In this document: in pieces, positions 27,795-36,443 of the stretch | Position numbering within the stretch: the stretch's first letter is position 1 | Layout of the letters: every line of letters starts with the position of its first letter | From: a virus | Lineage: Duplodnaviria; Caudoviricetes | Virus record (IMG/VR): IMGVR_UViG_3300048861_000119 | Coordinates: 1 to 42,448 of that record | Direction: 5' to 3' (one strand) | DNA: 42,448 nucleotides | The notes under the pieces: model-generated | Told to the model about the DNA's origin: nothing | The model's database searches: none | The model's input: the letters and a program-made list of their open reading frames with translations, nothing else | Program-made: the position numbers and the translations under genes

Positions 27795-28105
27795 TTTGGT
27801 TTTTCCGCCGAAGGCCCCCCTACCCCCACGGGGCAAATGCCGCGTGCAGGTAGGAGAAGACCGCTACGTTTCCGCCCCTCTCGGGATCCACAATCACGCG
27901 CCATCGCGTGCCCCCGGGCTTGTGGATTCGGCCGCCCGCCGGATTATTCGCGGAGTTGCACCGCTAGGCTTTCGCCGTACCAGTACCGGGTTGATCGAGA
28001 CCCAGTCGCTCGGTGTTTCTTGTCCTGCCAGCCCATTCAGGCCCAGTTGCTTTAGCGCGGGACGATCGCTTCAAACGCTACGACAGTGCAAGCACGTTGC
28101 ACTGG
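27795..28105 (-). ncRNA. Candidate structured RNA / RNA-primed replication origin
   Basis: Gap in the minus-strand operon packed with hairpins: GGC-GAAA-GCC, GCGG-UGCAACU-CCGC and a long G-U-rich stem at 27813-27862. Ends AGGGGGGCCTTCGGCGGAAAAAC. Confidence 0.6.
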
Positions 28106-28111
28106 TATGTA

Positions 28112-28585
28112 TCAGGAGGGTGCATCGCCATAGCGCGCTTGGTCGTCGATGGCCTGCTGGATGCGCGCCCGGTATTGCTCCGTGGATTCACCAGCGCGTG
28201 CTGAGCCTGCACCTACGGCGTGCCCCTTGCGTTCCATAGCCACATGCGAGATCCACCACCGATCCACGGCCGCAGCCGGCGCCGGCGCCGGGCGCTGTGG
28301 CACCGGATCGAGCTCGTCCTCCCACTGATGGCCGCGCAGCCATGTTGCGGGGTACGGTATGTGAATAAGGGCCGTACGGTGCGCCGCCCAGCTGGCGCGA
28401 TGCTTTGGCAGCGCCTGGGTGGCCGCCGCGCGCTCCGACCTGGTCAGGCCCTTCCAAGCGCGGCGCGCGTCTAGCTTCGCGCGCTTACGCGGATAGTCCG
28501 TCCAGAATGCATCGAAATCATCTTTGGTCGTTGGCGATGGACGAGCGCCGCCACCGACATCTCCGAAGAGGTCAGGTGTCTGCAT
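28112..28585 (-). CDS. Stand-alone C-terminal domain of a phage replication initiator family
   Basis: FDAFWTDYPRKRAKLDARRAWKGL...IPYPATWLRGHQWEDE motif; no N-terminal origin-binding domain and no iterons. Confidence 0.8.
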   Translation of the reverse strand: MQTPDLFGDVGGGARPSPTTKDDFDAFWTDYPRKRAKLDARRAWKGLTRSERAAATQALPKHRASWAAHRTALIHIPYPATWLRGHQWEDELDPVPQRPAPAPAAAVDRWWISHVAMERKGHAVGAGSARAGESTEQYRARIQQAIDDQARYGDAPS

Positions 28586-28680
28586 GGTGTCTTCCTGCAG
28601 GGTGCAAAAATCCTCGGCGCGTCGTGACACGCACGCACCGGGGCAGCTTTAGAGGGGTGGGTTAGGAGGGTGTACTCAGC

Positions 28681-29070
28681 CTATGGCGGGGACGCCTCCT
28701 TGCGTTCGATGTGGATGATTTCGCCGTGGCGCCAGAAAGGGACCTTGGCCCGGTCCGGCTTACCATCAGGACCTAGCCGCGAGGGATGCTTGCGTGGCAT
28801 CACGGCAAGATAGGTGTAGGCGCTGCCCGTGGTATCGAGCACAACGACCACGTCGTGGTCGGGGTACGCCTTGACGGCTTCGTGGAAGCCGGAGAGTTGG
28901 AGCACCTCCGCGTGCGACAAGGTGCGTGACTTGCATCGATAGAACGTACAGCTGGCTGCGGGAGCCGGCCTGAACGGTGGGGGTGGATCAGGCTTCCATT
29001 CGGTGTTCTGGCGCTGATGCGACCGCTTTGCCGTCGCATCAGGCACCGACCCAAATAGGTCGCGCGTCAT
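28681..29070 (-). CDS. Hypothetical protein
   Basis: 129-aa ORF overlapping the upstream gene by ATGA. Confidence 0.65.
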   Translation of the reverse strand: MTRDLFGSVPDATAKRSHQRQNTEWKPDPPPPFRPAPAASCTFYRCKSRTLSHAEVLQLSGFHEAVKAYPDHDVVVVLDTTGSAYTYLAVMPRKHPSRLGPDGKPDRAKVPFWRHGEIIHIERKEASPP

Positions 29071-29339
29071 CGGAACCCTTGGAATAGGTCATTGCAGATG
29101 GACGTGGCGGCCGGCGCGATGCTCGGGCAGGAATACACGGCCAGGCGGCGGCGCGCATTCGGGAATCGATCCTTGTTCGCGAGCTGGAGCCTGCCGGATG
29201 ACACCATCTGGTGGCAGATATTCACCACTGTCTTAACGCTGACGCCGAGGTGCGCCGCCAGCTCCCGCGCCGCCAACGGCCCGCGGGCTGATATCTCCGC
29301 AATAACGCCTACGGCGAGCGGTCCCTGAGGCCTAGCCAT
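29067..29339 (-). CDS. Small winged-helix DNA-binding protein
   Basis: GPLAARELAAHLGVSVKTV...MVSSGRL motif. Confidence 0.75.
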   Translation of the reverse strand: MARPQGPLAVGVIAEISARGPLAARELAAHLGVSVKTVVNICHQMVSSGRLQLANKDRFPNARRRLAVYSCPSIAPAATSICNDLFQGFR

Positions 29340-29341
29340 CC

Positions 29342-29557
29342 CTACTGCTCCACCTTGGTCACACCACGCATGTAGTGTTCGGAGAATTCTGCAGAACCTC
29401 CCCCGCTCAGCGCCACTTCGGCCACGCGTTCGTTCGGGAGCTCCAATGCATCATTGCGATGGATATACCAGCGCTTAATGCGCGCGATGCGGCCAGATTG
29501 AAGACGCACAGTGTCACCGGCCCCGATGTGGACCACAGACATTTCATTGTTGATCAC
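29342..29557 (-). CDS. Hypothetical protein
   Basis: Co-oriented short ORF in the early right operon; GAGGG upstream. Confidence 0.6.
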   Translation of the reverse strand: MINNEMSVVHIGAGDTVRLQSGRIARIKRWYIHRNDALELPNERVAEVALSGGGSAEFSEHYMRGVTKVEQ

Positions 29558-29580
29558 GCAGATCCCCTCAAAATTCCCGG

Positions 29581-30150
29581 CTATTGCCCGGGGTTGCCCA
29601 ACTTCACATCGATTGCCGATATTGCGTCCTGATGGACCTTTACCGATTCGGCCAATTCCTTCCGTGCACGCAGCAGGTTTCCAGCGCTTCCATCGCTGAT
29701 GACGGATAGCAACGCTTGATTCGCCTCGCCGCCCTCCTTCATGAGTCCTTGGAGCAACGAGGCCGTGTCGACCTGCGGATCACCGGCCGCATCCAAGAGC
29801 GCCGGCACAATGCCAAGAGGCCGCAAGAAGTCGTCGACGCAAGAAAGCCGCAGATCCAGAGGCATCGCCGCCAATACGGAGGGTAGGAAATTGGCGGGCA
29901 GGAGATTGGTGTCCTTGGTGTCATCGTCCAACCAACGAAACACGCGGTCGGCGTTTGCCTTCATCTGCTCGAAGACGTCCTGGCTGGGCGGCTCGAACCG
30001 AATGCCTGTGTTGGCGGGACCTCCATGCTGAGCGTGCGCCGCGACTATTTGCCCGGCCACGGTCTCTCTAGACCAACTGGATTGCTTGCGCCACACCGAC
30101 ACGTGGTCGCGGATTACGCCGATTAGCGTCTTGCGCGCATCACGTCGCAT
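29581..30150 (-). CDS. CII-position regulatory protein
   Basis: Directly downstream of cro; C-terminal LMKEGGEA..AL helices as in CII-like proteins. Confidence 0.65.
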   Translation of the reverse strand: MRRDARKTLIGVIRDHVSVWRKQSSWSRETVAGQIVAAHAQHGGPANTGIRFEPPSQDVFEQMKANADRVFRWLDDDTKDTNLLPANFLPSVLAAMPLDLRLSCVDDFLRPLGIVPALLDAAGDPQVDTASLLQGLMKEGGEANQALLSVISDGSAGNLLRARKELAESVKVHQDAISAIDVKLGNPGQ

Positions 30151-30203
30151 GACTAGCCTCGTCCCTAATGCCGTGCGATTCGTTTCGCATGATTCCGTCC
30201 CCG

Positions 30204-30461
30204 TTACGGCAGTAGACTGCCCTGCAGTTGTTGATCTGACGCGTCATTCGTGCTGACGGCACCGAGGCAAGCCACGGCTCCGAGTACGACAACCTGGCGG
30301 TGAAGTTCGATCAGTTTCTGACCATCGTTCCACTTGAGATCGGCGTATCGCCCCCGCCATATGTCTGCGACCCATGACTGTGCCTTTCCCATTTCTTCGG
30401 CGATTCGCGCCTGCGAGTAGCCCGCTCCTCTCAGGTCATTGACCAGCGACTTCCAGTTCAC
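30204..30461 (-). CDS. Cro-like repressor
   Basis: HTH motif YSQARIAEEMGKAQSWVADI; divergent from cI; RBS AGGAG. Confidence 0.88.
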   Translation of the reverse strand: MNWKSLVNDLRGAGYSQARIAEEMGKAQSWVADIWRGRYADLKWNDGQKLIELHRQVVVLGAVACLGAVSTNDASDQQLQGSLLP

Positions 30462-30471
30462 TGAACGCTCC

Positions 30472-30534
30472 TATCGCAATTGCGCTTATTCTACAAGCGC
30501 CAAAGCGATTGACGCAACTATCACAATCGCGATA
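30472..30534. promoter_or_regulatory. OR region: three operators, PR and a probably leaderless PRM
   Basis: TATCGCAATTGCGCTT (30472), AAGCGCCAAAGCGATT (30495), TATCACAATCGCGATA (30519). Minus-strand TTGCGT-N18-TAGAAT. The cI ATG has no RBS and lies 6 nt after CACAAT. Confidence 0.8.
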
Positions 30535-31196
30535 TGGATACTTTAGGCAACCGTATGAAGGAGGCGCGCGCGCGGCGCGGCATGTCACAAGCGCGCCTGG
30601 CCAAACTGCTTGGGCTAGGCCAGTCGACTATCGCCAGTATTGAGAACGGCCGGAATAGAGGCTCTGGTTCGCTGGTGCAAATTGCAGCTGCGCTCGCGGT
30701 TTCGCCGTTGTGGCTTGCAGAAGGGAAAGGCCCTCCCGACGCTGATCCCGCTGCGGCTCTCGGTGCGCAACTCTCAACCGGGCGCGTCTATCACGTTCCG
30801 ATAGTTCCAGCGCCCGCCTCATGTGGCGGCGGCGGTCGATCAAGCCAGCCCGTAGGAGAGTATTTGGTAAAGGACGCATCGTTCTTCACCAAACGCAAGC
30901 TCAATCCAGCTTCCGCCATCGCGATCCAAGCGGACGGCGATGCTATGGCGGACTTCATAGTTGACGGCGATGTTGTGGTGTTCGATACATCCCGGCGGGA
31001 TCTGGAGACCGGGAGGATCTTCCTTATCGAACACCCAGCGGGCCTTCGCATTCGCCAGATGCGCCGCGATATCGACGGATCATGGGTTGTCGGCAATAGG
31101 AATCCTGATAAGGTCAGATTCCCGGACGAGCGCATCGCTGAGGACTCCACGGATCGCCTCAAGCTTCTTGGCACCTTCGTCTATCGGGAAGGCTAA
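30534..31196 (+). CDS. CI-like repressor (XRE HTH plus S24-fold domain lacking catalytic residues)
   Basis: HTH MSQARLAKLLGLGQSTIASIE; GDAM replaces GDSM and IRQM replaces (V/I)KRL. Confidence 0.9.
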   Translation: MDTLGNRMKEARARRGMSQARLAKLLGLGQSTIASIENGRNRGSGSLVQIAAALAVSPLWLAEGKGPPDADPAAALGAQLSTGRVYHVPIVPAPASCGGGGRSSQPVGEYLVKDASFFTKRKLNPASAIAIQADGDAMADFIVDGDVVVFDTSRRDLETGRIFLIEHPAGLRIRQMRRDIDGSWVVGNRNPDKVRFPDERIAEDSTDRLKLLGTFVYREG

Positions 31197-31223
31197 GGGG
31201 CGTCACCCTTACTGGGGTACGGC

Positions 31224-31466
31224 TTACTGCCGTTCCGGCCGACTTTCCAAAATACGGGCGAGTTCGGTCCTGATGCAATTCCGTATTGCCTCGATCTCAG
31301 GGCTATCGTCTGCGGAAAGCGATCGCTCCAGCCGAGCAACGATCTCCGCGTTCGCCGAGCGCCCGTTGCGAGCAGCGAGTTCGTTCAATGTATCTCGCAT
31401 GCCGGGCGGCAACCGTATCGTCACCTGATCCCAATTTTTCGCCGCGATGGCGCGTGTTCTAGCCAT
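31224..31466 (-). CDS. Arc-family ribbon-helix-helix protein
   Basis: IRLPPGMRDTLNELAARNGRSANAEIVARLERS motif. Confidence 0.9.
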   Translation of the reverse strand: MARTRAIAAKNWDQVTIRLPPGMRDTLNELAARNGRSANAEIVARLERSLSADDSPEIEAIRNCIRTELARILESRPERQ

Positions 31467-31646
31467 GCGCGGAGCGTACCCGCACAGTGCTGGATTAAAT
31501 ACTCGCACTCTGCTGGTGTACTGCCGATATTCCATCCTTTCGATCTCCTTCCGTCTTGCTGTAATTGCCTGGCAGCAGACGAGCGGAAAGGGCCCGCCGC
31601 CCGCCCATGCTGATGAGCATCCACCATTCAGCAAGAGGGGCTTTCA

Positions 31647-31850
31647 ATGCATTTAACGATAGACATCGACCTCAGGAAGTTCGAGACAGGATTCAGCAAG
31701 CTACAGCAATTGGAAGCGCTTCTGGCTTCCACCAGTGGCGCGGGCTTTGAGCCCTTCATTTCGCTGGATCCTTCACTCCAAGACCACATCATCATGCTCG
31801 CGGCCGACCTGGCTCAGGAGGCTCGCATCAACCTTGCGATCCTCGGCTAA
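31647..31850 (+). CDS. Hypothetical protein
   Basis: 67-aa ORF with GAGGGG upstream. Confidence 0.55.
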   Translation: MHLTIDIDLRKFETGFSKLQQLEALLASTSGAGFEPFISLDPSLQDHIIMLAADLAQEARINLAILG

Positions 31851-31891
31851 AGCGGCCCGCGCGCCTTCCAAATAGTCCATAACGATTAAAT

Positions 31892-31934
31892 AATCGCTTT
31901 TGCGCTTGACACCAACAAGCGCATTTGCGATTAT
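31892..31934 (+). promoter_or_regulatory. OL/PL: promoter overlapped by two operators
   Basis: TTGACA (31906)-N17-GATTAT; operators AATCGCTTTTGCGCTT (31892) and AAGCGCATTTGCGATT (31917) match the OR sites. Confidence 0.85.
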
Positions 31935-31961
31935 TCTCGCGCCCCTTCCCTCGGAGCGCAC

Positions 31962-32255
31962 ATGAGAACCTCACGCTTTCGTCGCAACGCAAGTCTTATC
32001 GCCACCGCCGCTGTAGTCACGGCGTACACGGCGTCAGTGTTCGTTTTCGGTCAGGTCGTAGGCGTCCGGGATGCCCGGCTGTTTAGCGGCCACGACACCG
32101 CACGTATCGCAATGATCTCCCGCGCCTGCGGCAAGCACGGCGCACTGTGGCAACGGCCAGGCAGCGACGATTTCGCCTGCGTCTATGTCAGTCGGGGCGA
32201 AGCGCCGATGTTCGAGCCTGTGCCCACCGCCGTCTTGCTCGCCGACTGGAGGTAA
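31962..32255 (+). CDS. Hypothetical membrane-anchored protein
   Basis: First gene after PL; RBS GGAG; one transmembrane segment. Confidence 0.65.
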   Translation: MRTSRFRRNASLIATAAVVTAYTASVFVFGQVVGVRDARLFSGHDTARIAMISRACGKHGALWQRPGSDDFACVYVSRGEAPMFEPVPTAVLLADWR

Positions 32256-32261
32256 GCCACC

Positions 32262-32513
32262 ATGGCCAAGCTCTACAGCTGCCGCCAGCTCACCGCCGCC
32301 ACAGAGAAGCAGGTCCAGTGGCTCGCTGAGTTTGCGCGCAAAAACATGAATGACCACGACGGCCATCGCCTCGCTCACGATTGGGCACACGGCGCGGTGA
32401 CCTTATGGGACCGGTTGACAGACGGTCACCGGGAGCCCGGCGACGGCGAACGGCTCCGCGCGATGGTCGACGCCATTCGCTTCAATCCCGCCAAAGACGG
32501 ATCGCAGGCGTGA
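32262..32513 (+). CDS. Hypothetical protein
   Basis: RBS GGAGG; operon-like spacing. Confidence 0.7.
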   Translation: MAKLYSCRQLTAATEKQVQWLAEFARKNMNDHDGHRLAHDWAHGAVTLWDRLTDGHREPGDGERLRAMVDAIRFNPAKDGSQA

Positions 32514-32731
32514 TCAAGATTGAGCCCACGCGCGAGCAGCTCCAGCAGGTGCTGGACGCCGCGAATGTGCCGCTCGATCTGGACACCGCCCTCCAAGATG
32601 CAACCCTGCGGCGCTTGCTGATGAACGGCGCCGCCGCCCTGGCGCGCCGGGAGAGCCGCCCGCTTTCTACGACCCTTCGCCGCTACGCCGGCAAGACCGA
32701 CTGGCGCGCTCGCGCCGCTAACGACGACTGA
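32510..32731 (+). CDS. Hypothetical protein
   Basis: GTGA overlap with the upstream gene; ends DWRARAANDD. Confidence 0.65.
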   Translation: MIKIEPTREQLQQVLDAANVPLDLDTALQDATLRRLLMNGAAALARRESRPLSTTLRRYAGKTDWRARAANDD

Positions 32732-32751
32732 GCGGCACTGCCGCACCTCCT

Positions 32752-33234
32752 ATGACTCTCACACTGAAGATGCGGGCGTTGCAGGCCATGCAAGCCCACA
32801 CCAAGGCCACGGCCACCCAGATCGCAGCAGATCTGCAGCACAACCTACAGAAGACCCGTGCCATTATCAGCGACCTCATGCAAGCTGGCCTCGCGCGCAA
32901 CGTCGGCATGATCGACGGATATACCGCGTACGAAATCACTGCTGATGGCGCGGCCGCTCTCACGCGGACAGAAGACGCCAAAGTGCCCCCGACAGCGCCG
33001 GCAGTGACCCCTCAGTTCGACAGCGCCCCGGCTTCGCAGTCCCAGTTGCACGTTCGCCAGCCCCAGCCCCGAAAGCGATTAGACATCGAAATTCCCGCCT
33101 TCCGCGAACAGGTCCGCTTTGGCCTGCTTAACAGCGGCGAACTGATGATCCTGGCGCCTGGCCTCGCACCGCTCCTGCTGTCAGCGACTACCACGGATGC
33201 CATGCGTGAGCTGCTGTCCCAGCGGATCGTATGA
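32752..33234 (+). CDS. Winged-helix protein
   Basis: ATATQIAADL...ISDLMQAGL...YEITADG motif. Confidence 0.7.
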   Translation: MTLTLKMRALQAMQAHTKATATQIAADLQHNLQKTRAIISDLMQAGLARNVGMIDGYTAYEITADGAAALTRTEDAKVPPTAPAVTPQFDSAPASQSQLHVRQPQPRKRLDIEIPAFREQVRFGLLNSGELMILAPGLAPLLLSATTTDAMRELLSQRIV

Positions 33235-33449
33235 ACATCCCTCGCCGCATCCTGAAGCAGCAAATCGCCGCTGCCAGCGCCCTGATTGTCCGCATGCAGA
33301 CGCGACTCCCTGATTCGGCCATCTCAGAGACCGAGGACGCGCAGCTCGTCGACGCGCTATCACGCCTCGAGCACACCACCGAAGCACTCGCCCGCCAAAC
33401 CTACGCGGCCGCCGCACCCATTTCCCCCACCAGCCGGAGTGAACCATGA
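33231..33449 (+). CDS. Hypothetical protein
   Basis: ATGA overlaps with both neighbours. Confidence 0.6.
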   Translation: MNIPRRILKQQIAAASALIVRMQTRLPDSAISETEDAQLVDALSRLEHTTEALARQTYAAAAPISPTSRSEP

Positions 33450-35953
33450 GCAACCGCGCCATCGCGCAACCTTCCGACACGCCCGCGACGGGCGAATCGA
33501 CTGCAATTGCTACCACCCAACAGCCTGACCAGCCGCAGTGGGAGCTGACCACTGACGCGCCGCGTGGCCGCGAGGAATGGCGTCGTCACGATGACGTCAT
33601 TCCGTCGAAAACGAACCCGCGGAAGCGATTCGACGAAGATAAGCTGAAGGAACTTGCGGAGAACATTCAGCGCCACGGGATCCTCCAGTCGGTCCTGTGC
33701 CGCGCGCACCCTGATTTCCCCGAGAAGCTCGAAATCATCGCTGGCGAGCGCCGCTGGCGTGCCGCCGGTATCGCGAAACTCGCCCTCATCCCGGTCCGTG
33801 TCATCGAGGTCAACGACCTGGATATGCTGGAACTCCAGATCATCGAGAACCTGCAGCGCCAAGACTTGCATGAGCTTGAGGAAGCCGAGAGCTACGAATC
33901 GCTCATCAATGCCAACAAGGGCAACTCGAACTACGGAGTGGACGAGATTGCCGCCAAGGTCGGCAAAAGCCGCGCGTATGTGTACGCCCGGATGAAGCTA
34001 TGCGCCCTCTCGGAAGACAGCCGTGAAGCCTTCTACAGCGGAAAGCTCAATGCGTCGACGGCACTGCTCCTGGCGCGTCTCCCCAACGAGACGATGCAAG
34101 CGACGGCATTGGAGGTAATCGCCAGGCCTAACTGGAGCGGAGAAGTCATGTCCTTCCGCGCCGCCGCCGACTACATCAAGCGCACGTTCATGCTGCGCCT
34201 GGACCAGGCGCGATTCCCGATCACCGACGTGACGCTTGTCCCCTCTGCTGGATCATGTCGTGAGTGCCCGAAGCGCACCGGCGCCAATCCGGATTTGTTC
34301 TCCGACGTTGGAAGTGCAGACGTCTGCACGGACCCGGCCTGCCATGAAGAAAAGGTTGTGGCGCATGCAGAGCGCCTACGCCGGATCGCAGCCGAGTCCG
34401 GAAAGACCATTATCGACGGCGAGGCCGCCAAAAAGGCCATGCCCCATGGCGTCGACAGCACTCTGAACGGCTACATCAAGCTCGATGACCGTTGCCAGGC
34501 CGCCCCCGACCGCCCTCTCGCCGATAACGACCAGGACGCTATCGAGGACGCCCGTGACGACCACGAGTACGAGGCGGACGACGGTGAGGACGCGGCGGAC
34601 ACCTTCGTGCCGCCGGCGGAGGTGAAACCTCGCTATCGGGAAATCTTGCCCGAGAACGTACTGGACCAGGCCGTTGTGTTGATCGACCCCCGCACTGGCG
34701 TCGCGATCGAGGCGGTCCCTGCCGGCGCAGCAAACGAGGCGCTCGGCGAACTGGGGATCAAGGACTGGAACTCCAGCGACAGTCGCAGCTCGGCCGATAC
34801 ACGAGCGGAGAACAAGGCGCGGCGTGAAAAGCAACGTCTCGAGATCGACTACCGCAAGCGCCTGGTCGCGCGCATCCGCGACGCCCTGGCTGCTGGTGAG
34901 CCGGCCGACGATCAAAATGGGGCGATCCGGCGCGAACACACAAACATCCTGGCCGCGAGTCTGTTTGATCGTTCGCACCCGCACACCAAGCGCGCGCTCT
35001 GCCAGACCTATTCCTGGGACGTGGCGAAGCACGGCACCCTTGACCTGGCTGCAGCCCGCAAACGGTTCGCTGATCTGGACCACGGCACCATCGGCGAAGC
35101 GCTGTTGCTTCTAGTCATCCTGCCGGCGCTTGACATTGACGAATACCGAAATCCCAGCTCCGTTGAACTCGTCGATATCGCGGCGAGCCTGGGCATCAAT
35201 AGCTCCGCAGTGAAGAAGGAAGCAGCTGCAGCTGCGCGTGCGACTAAGGCGCCAGCGAAGAAGGCAGGAAAGGCCTCCGACACGAAACCCACATCGGGAA
35301 AGCGCACGCCAAAACAGCGAGGCAAGGCCAACGAAAAGCCACCGGCGCCGGAACCTCAGAGCGATAGCACTGGATCTCCAGCCCTCGCCGCTGACCACCT
35401 GCCCGTCGTCTCTACAGCGCCACCCCAGCCGGACGGAGACGCCACACCGCCCGATGCCCCGATGGCCGGAATCTTCATGCGCGAAGGGATGCGCGTCAAA
35501 GTGCGCGAGGACGCAGTGAACGCAGCCGCGCGTCCGATGCATCAGCGCGGTTGGGCTGGATCGATCGAGCTCATAGACGGCGCCGAGGCCAAGGTGAAAT
35601 GGGACAACGGCAAGAAAGCCGGCAAGCTCCCCATGGCGATGTTTGAAGTGATCTTGGGCCCAGACAAAGCATCGGCGGCGGAAAGTCTCGAAGGCACCGA
35701 ATCCAACGACACGGCCAGCGGACAGTCGACCGAATTCGCCTCCGGTGACCGAGTGAAAGTGAAGGACGACGCGAAAAGCCCGCAAGGTCGACGCATGAAA
35801 GTCTGCGGTCGCAAGGGAACGATCCTTAAGTACGCTACCGGCACCGCGCAGATTCAGTTCGATGACGGATCGAGCCATATGAACGTGCCCGGCCAGGCGA
35901 TCGAGCGTCTCGATCCAGCCGCAGACGCAGACTCGACGGAAGAGGCAGCGTAA
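33446..35953 (+). CDS. Large ParB/RepB/Spo0J-family protein (835 aa)
   Basis: NPRK.F...[23 protein letters not shown] (CTP-binding motif), [23 protein letters not shown], a Cys cluster, and two C-terminal KOW/SH3-like repeats. Confidence 0.92.
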   Translation: MSNRAIAQPSDTPATGESTAIATTQQPDQPQWELTTDAPRGREEWRRHDDVIPSKTNPRKRFDEDKLKELAENIQRHGILQSVLCRAHPDFPEKLEIIAGERRWRAAGIAKLALIPVRVIEVNDLDMLELQIIENLQRQDLHELEEAESYESLINANKGNSNYGVDEIAAKVGKSRAYVYARMKLCALSEDSREAFYSGKLNASTALLLARLPNETMQATALEVIARPNWSGEVMSFRAAADYIKRTFMLRLDQARFPITDVTLVPSAGSCRECPKRTGANPDLFSDVGSADVCTDPACHEEKVVAHAERLRRIAAESGKTIIDGEAAKKAMPHGVDSTLNGYIKLDDRCQAAPDRPLADNDQDAIEDARDDHEYEADDGEDAADTFVPPAEVKPRYREILPENVLDQAVVLIDPRTGVAIEAVPAGAANEALGELGIKDWNSSDSRSSADTRAENKARREKQRLEIDYRKRLVARIRDALAAGEPADDQNGAIRREHTNILAASLFDRSHPHTKRALCQTYSWDVAKHGTLDLAAARKRFADLDHGTIGEALLLLVILPALDIDEYRNPSSVELVDIAASLGINSSAVKKEAAAAARATKAPAKKAGKASDTKPTSGKRTPKQRGKANEKPPAPEPQSDSTGSPALAADHLPVVSTAPPQPDGDATPPDAPMAGIFMREGMRVKVREDAVNAAARPMHQRGWAGSIELIDGAEAKVKWDNGKKAGKLPMAMFEVILGPDKASAAESLEGTESNDTASGQSTEFASGDRVKVKDDAKSPQGRRMKVCGRKGTILKYATGTAQIQFDDGSSHMNVPGQAIERLDPAADADSTEEAA
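34314..34329. repeat. Palindrome copy 3, GTGCAGACGTCTGCAC, inside parB (parS-like)
   Basis: 34313-34330 is an 18/18 match to 183-200. Confidence 0.8.
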
Positions 35954-36426
35954 TGGCCTCGGTCAACAAAGTCATCATCGTGGGGAACCTGGGCCACGAT
36001 CCGTCCATGCGCTATTCGCCGGAGGGTGTGGCGCAGTGCAGCCTGTCGATCGCGACAACCTCGCAATGGAAGGACAAGAGCTCAGGCGAACGGCGCGAAG
36101 AGACCGAATGGCACCGCGTCATCATTTATAGCCGCCTGGCTGAAATCGCCGGCGAGTACCTAAAGAAGGGACGCTCGGTCTACATCGAGGGCCGGCTGCG
36201 CACTCGCAACTGGAAAGAACGCGGGACGAACGCCGACCGCTATACGACCGAGGTCATCGCCGACCAGATGCAAATGCTCGGCGGCGCGCCCGGCGATCGT
36301 GAGAATGCGCCCCGGCGCGGGCCCGCCGCAGAAAGCCAAGCCACCCGCGCCAGCGGCGGCACCAATCCCGACGACGACATACCGTTCGGCCCACGCGCAG
36401 CGGGTCGCGCCTGGGCCTGCGCGTAG
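35953..36426 (+). CDS. ssb: Single-stranded DNA-binding protein
   Basis: [37 protein letters not shown] and DDDIPF motifs. Confidence 0.96.
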   Translation: MASVNKVIIVGNLGHDPSMRYSPEGVAQCSLSIATTSQWKDKSSGERREETEWHRVIIYSRLAEIAGEYLKKGRSVYIEGRLRTRNWKERGTNADRYTTEVIADQMQMLGGAPGDRENAPRRGPAAESQATRASGGTNPDDDIPFGPRAAGRAWACA

Positions 36427-36443
36427 ACAAGCTGGAGCTCGCC

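Noticed and set aside
27654-27836. 60-aa minus-strand ORF upstream of the Q-like gene
   Set aside because: Starts inside the G-rich hairpin with no clear RBS; may simply be non-coding origin flank.
27884-27929. ATCCACA in both arms of a stem as DnaA boxes
   Set aside because: Each has two mismatches to TTATCCACA at the first positions and is explained by hairpin symmetry; too weak to call.
27724-28239. 171-aa plus-strand ORF across the structured region
   Set aside because: Opposes the operon, overlaps the initiator-domain gene and has no recognisable motif. The tetraloops and G-U pairs point to a minus-strand RNA instead.
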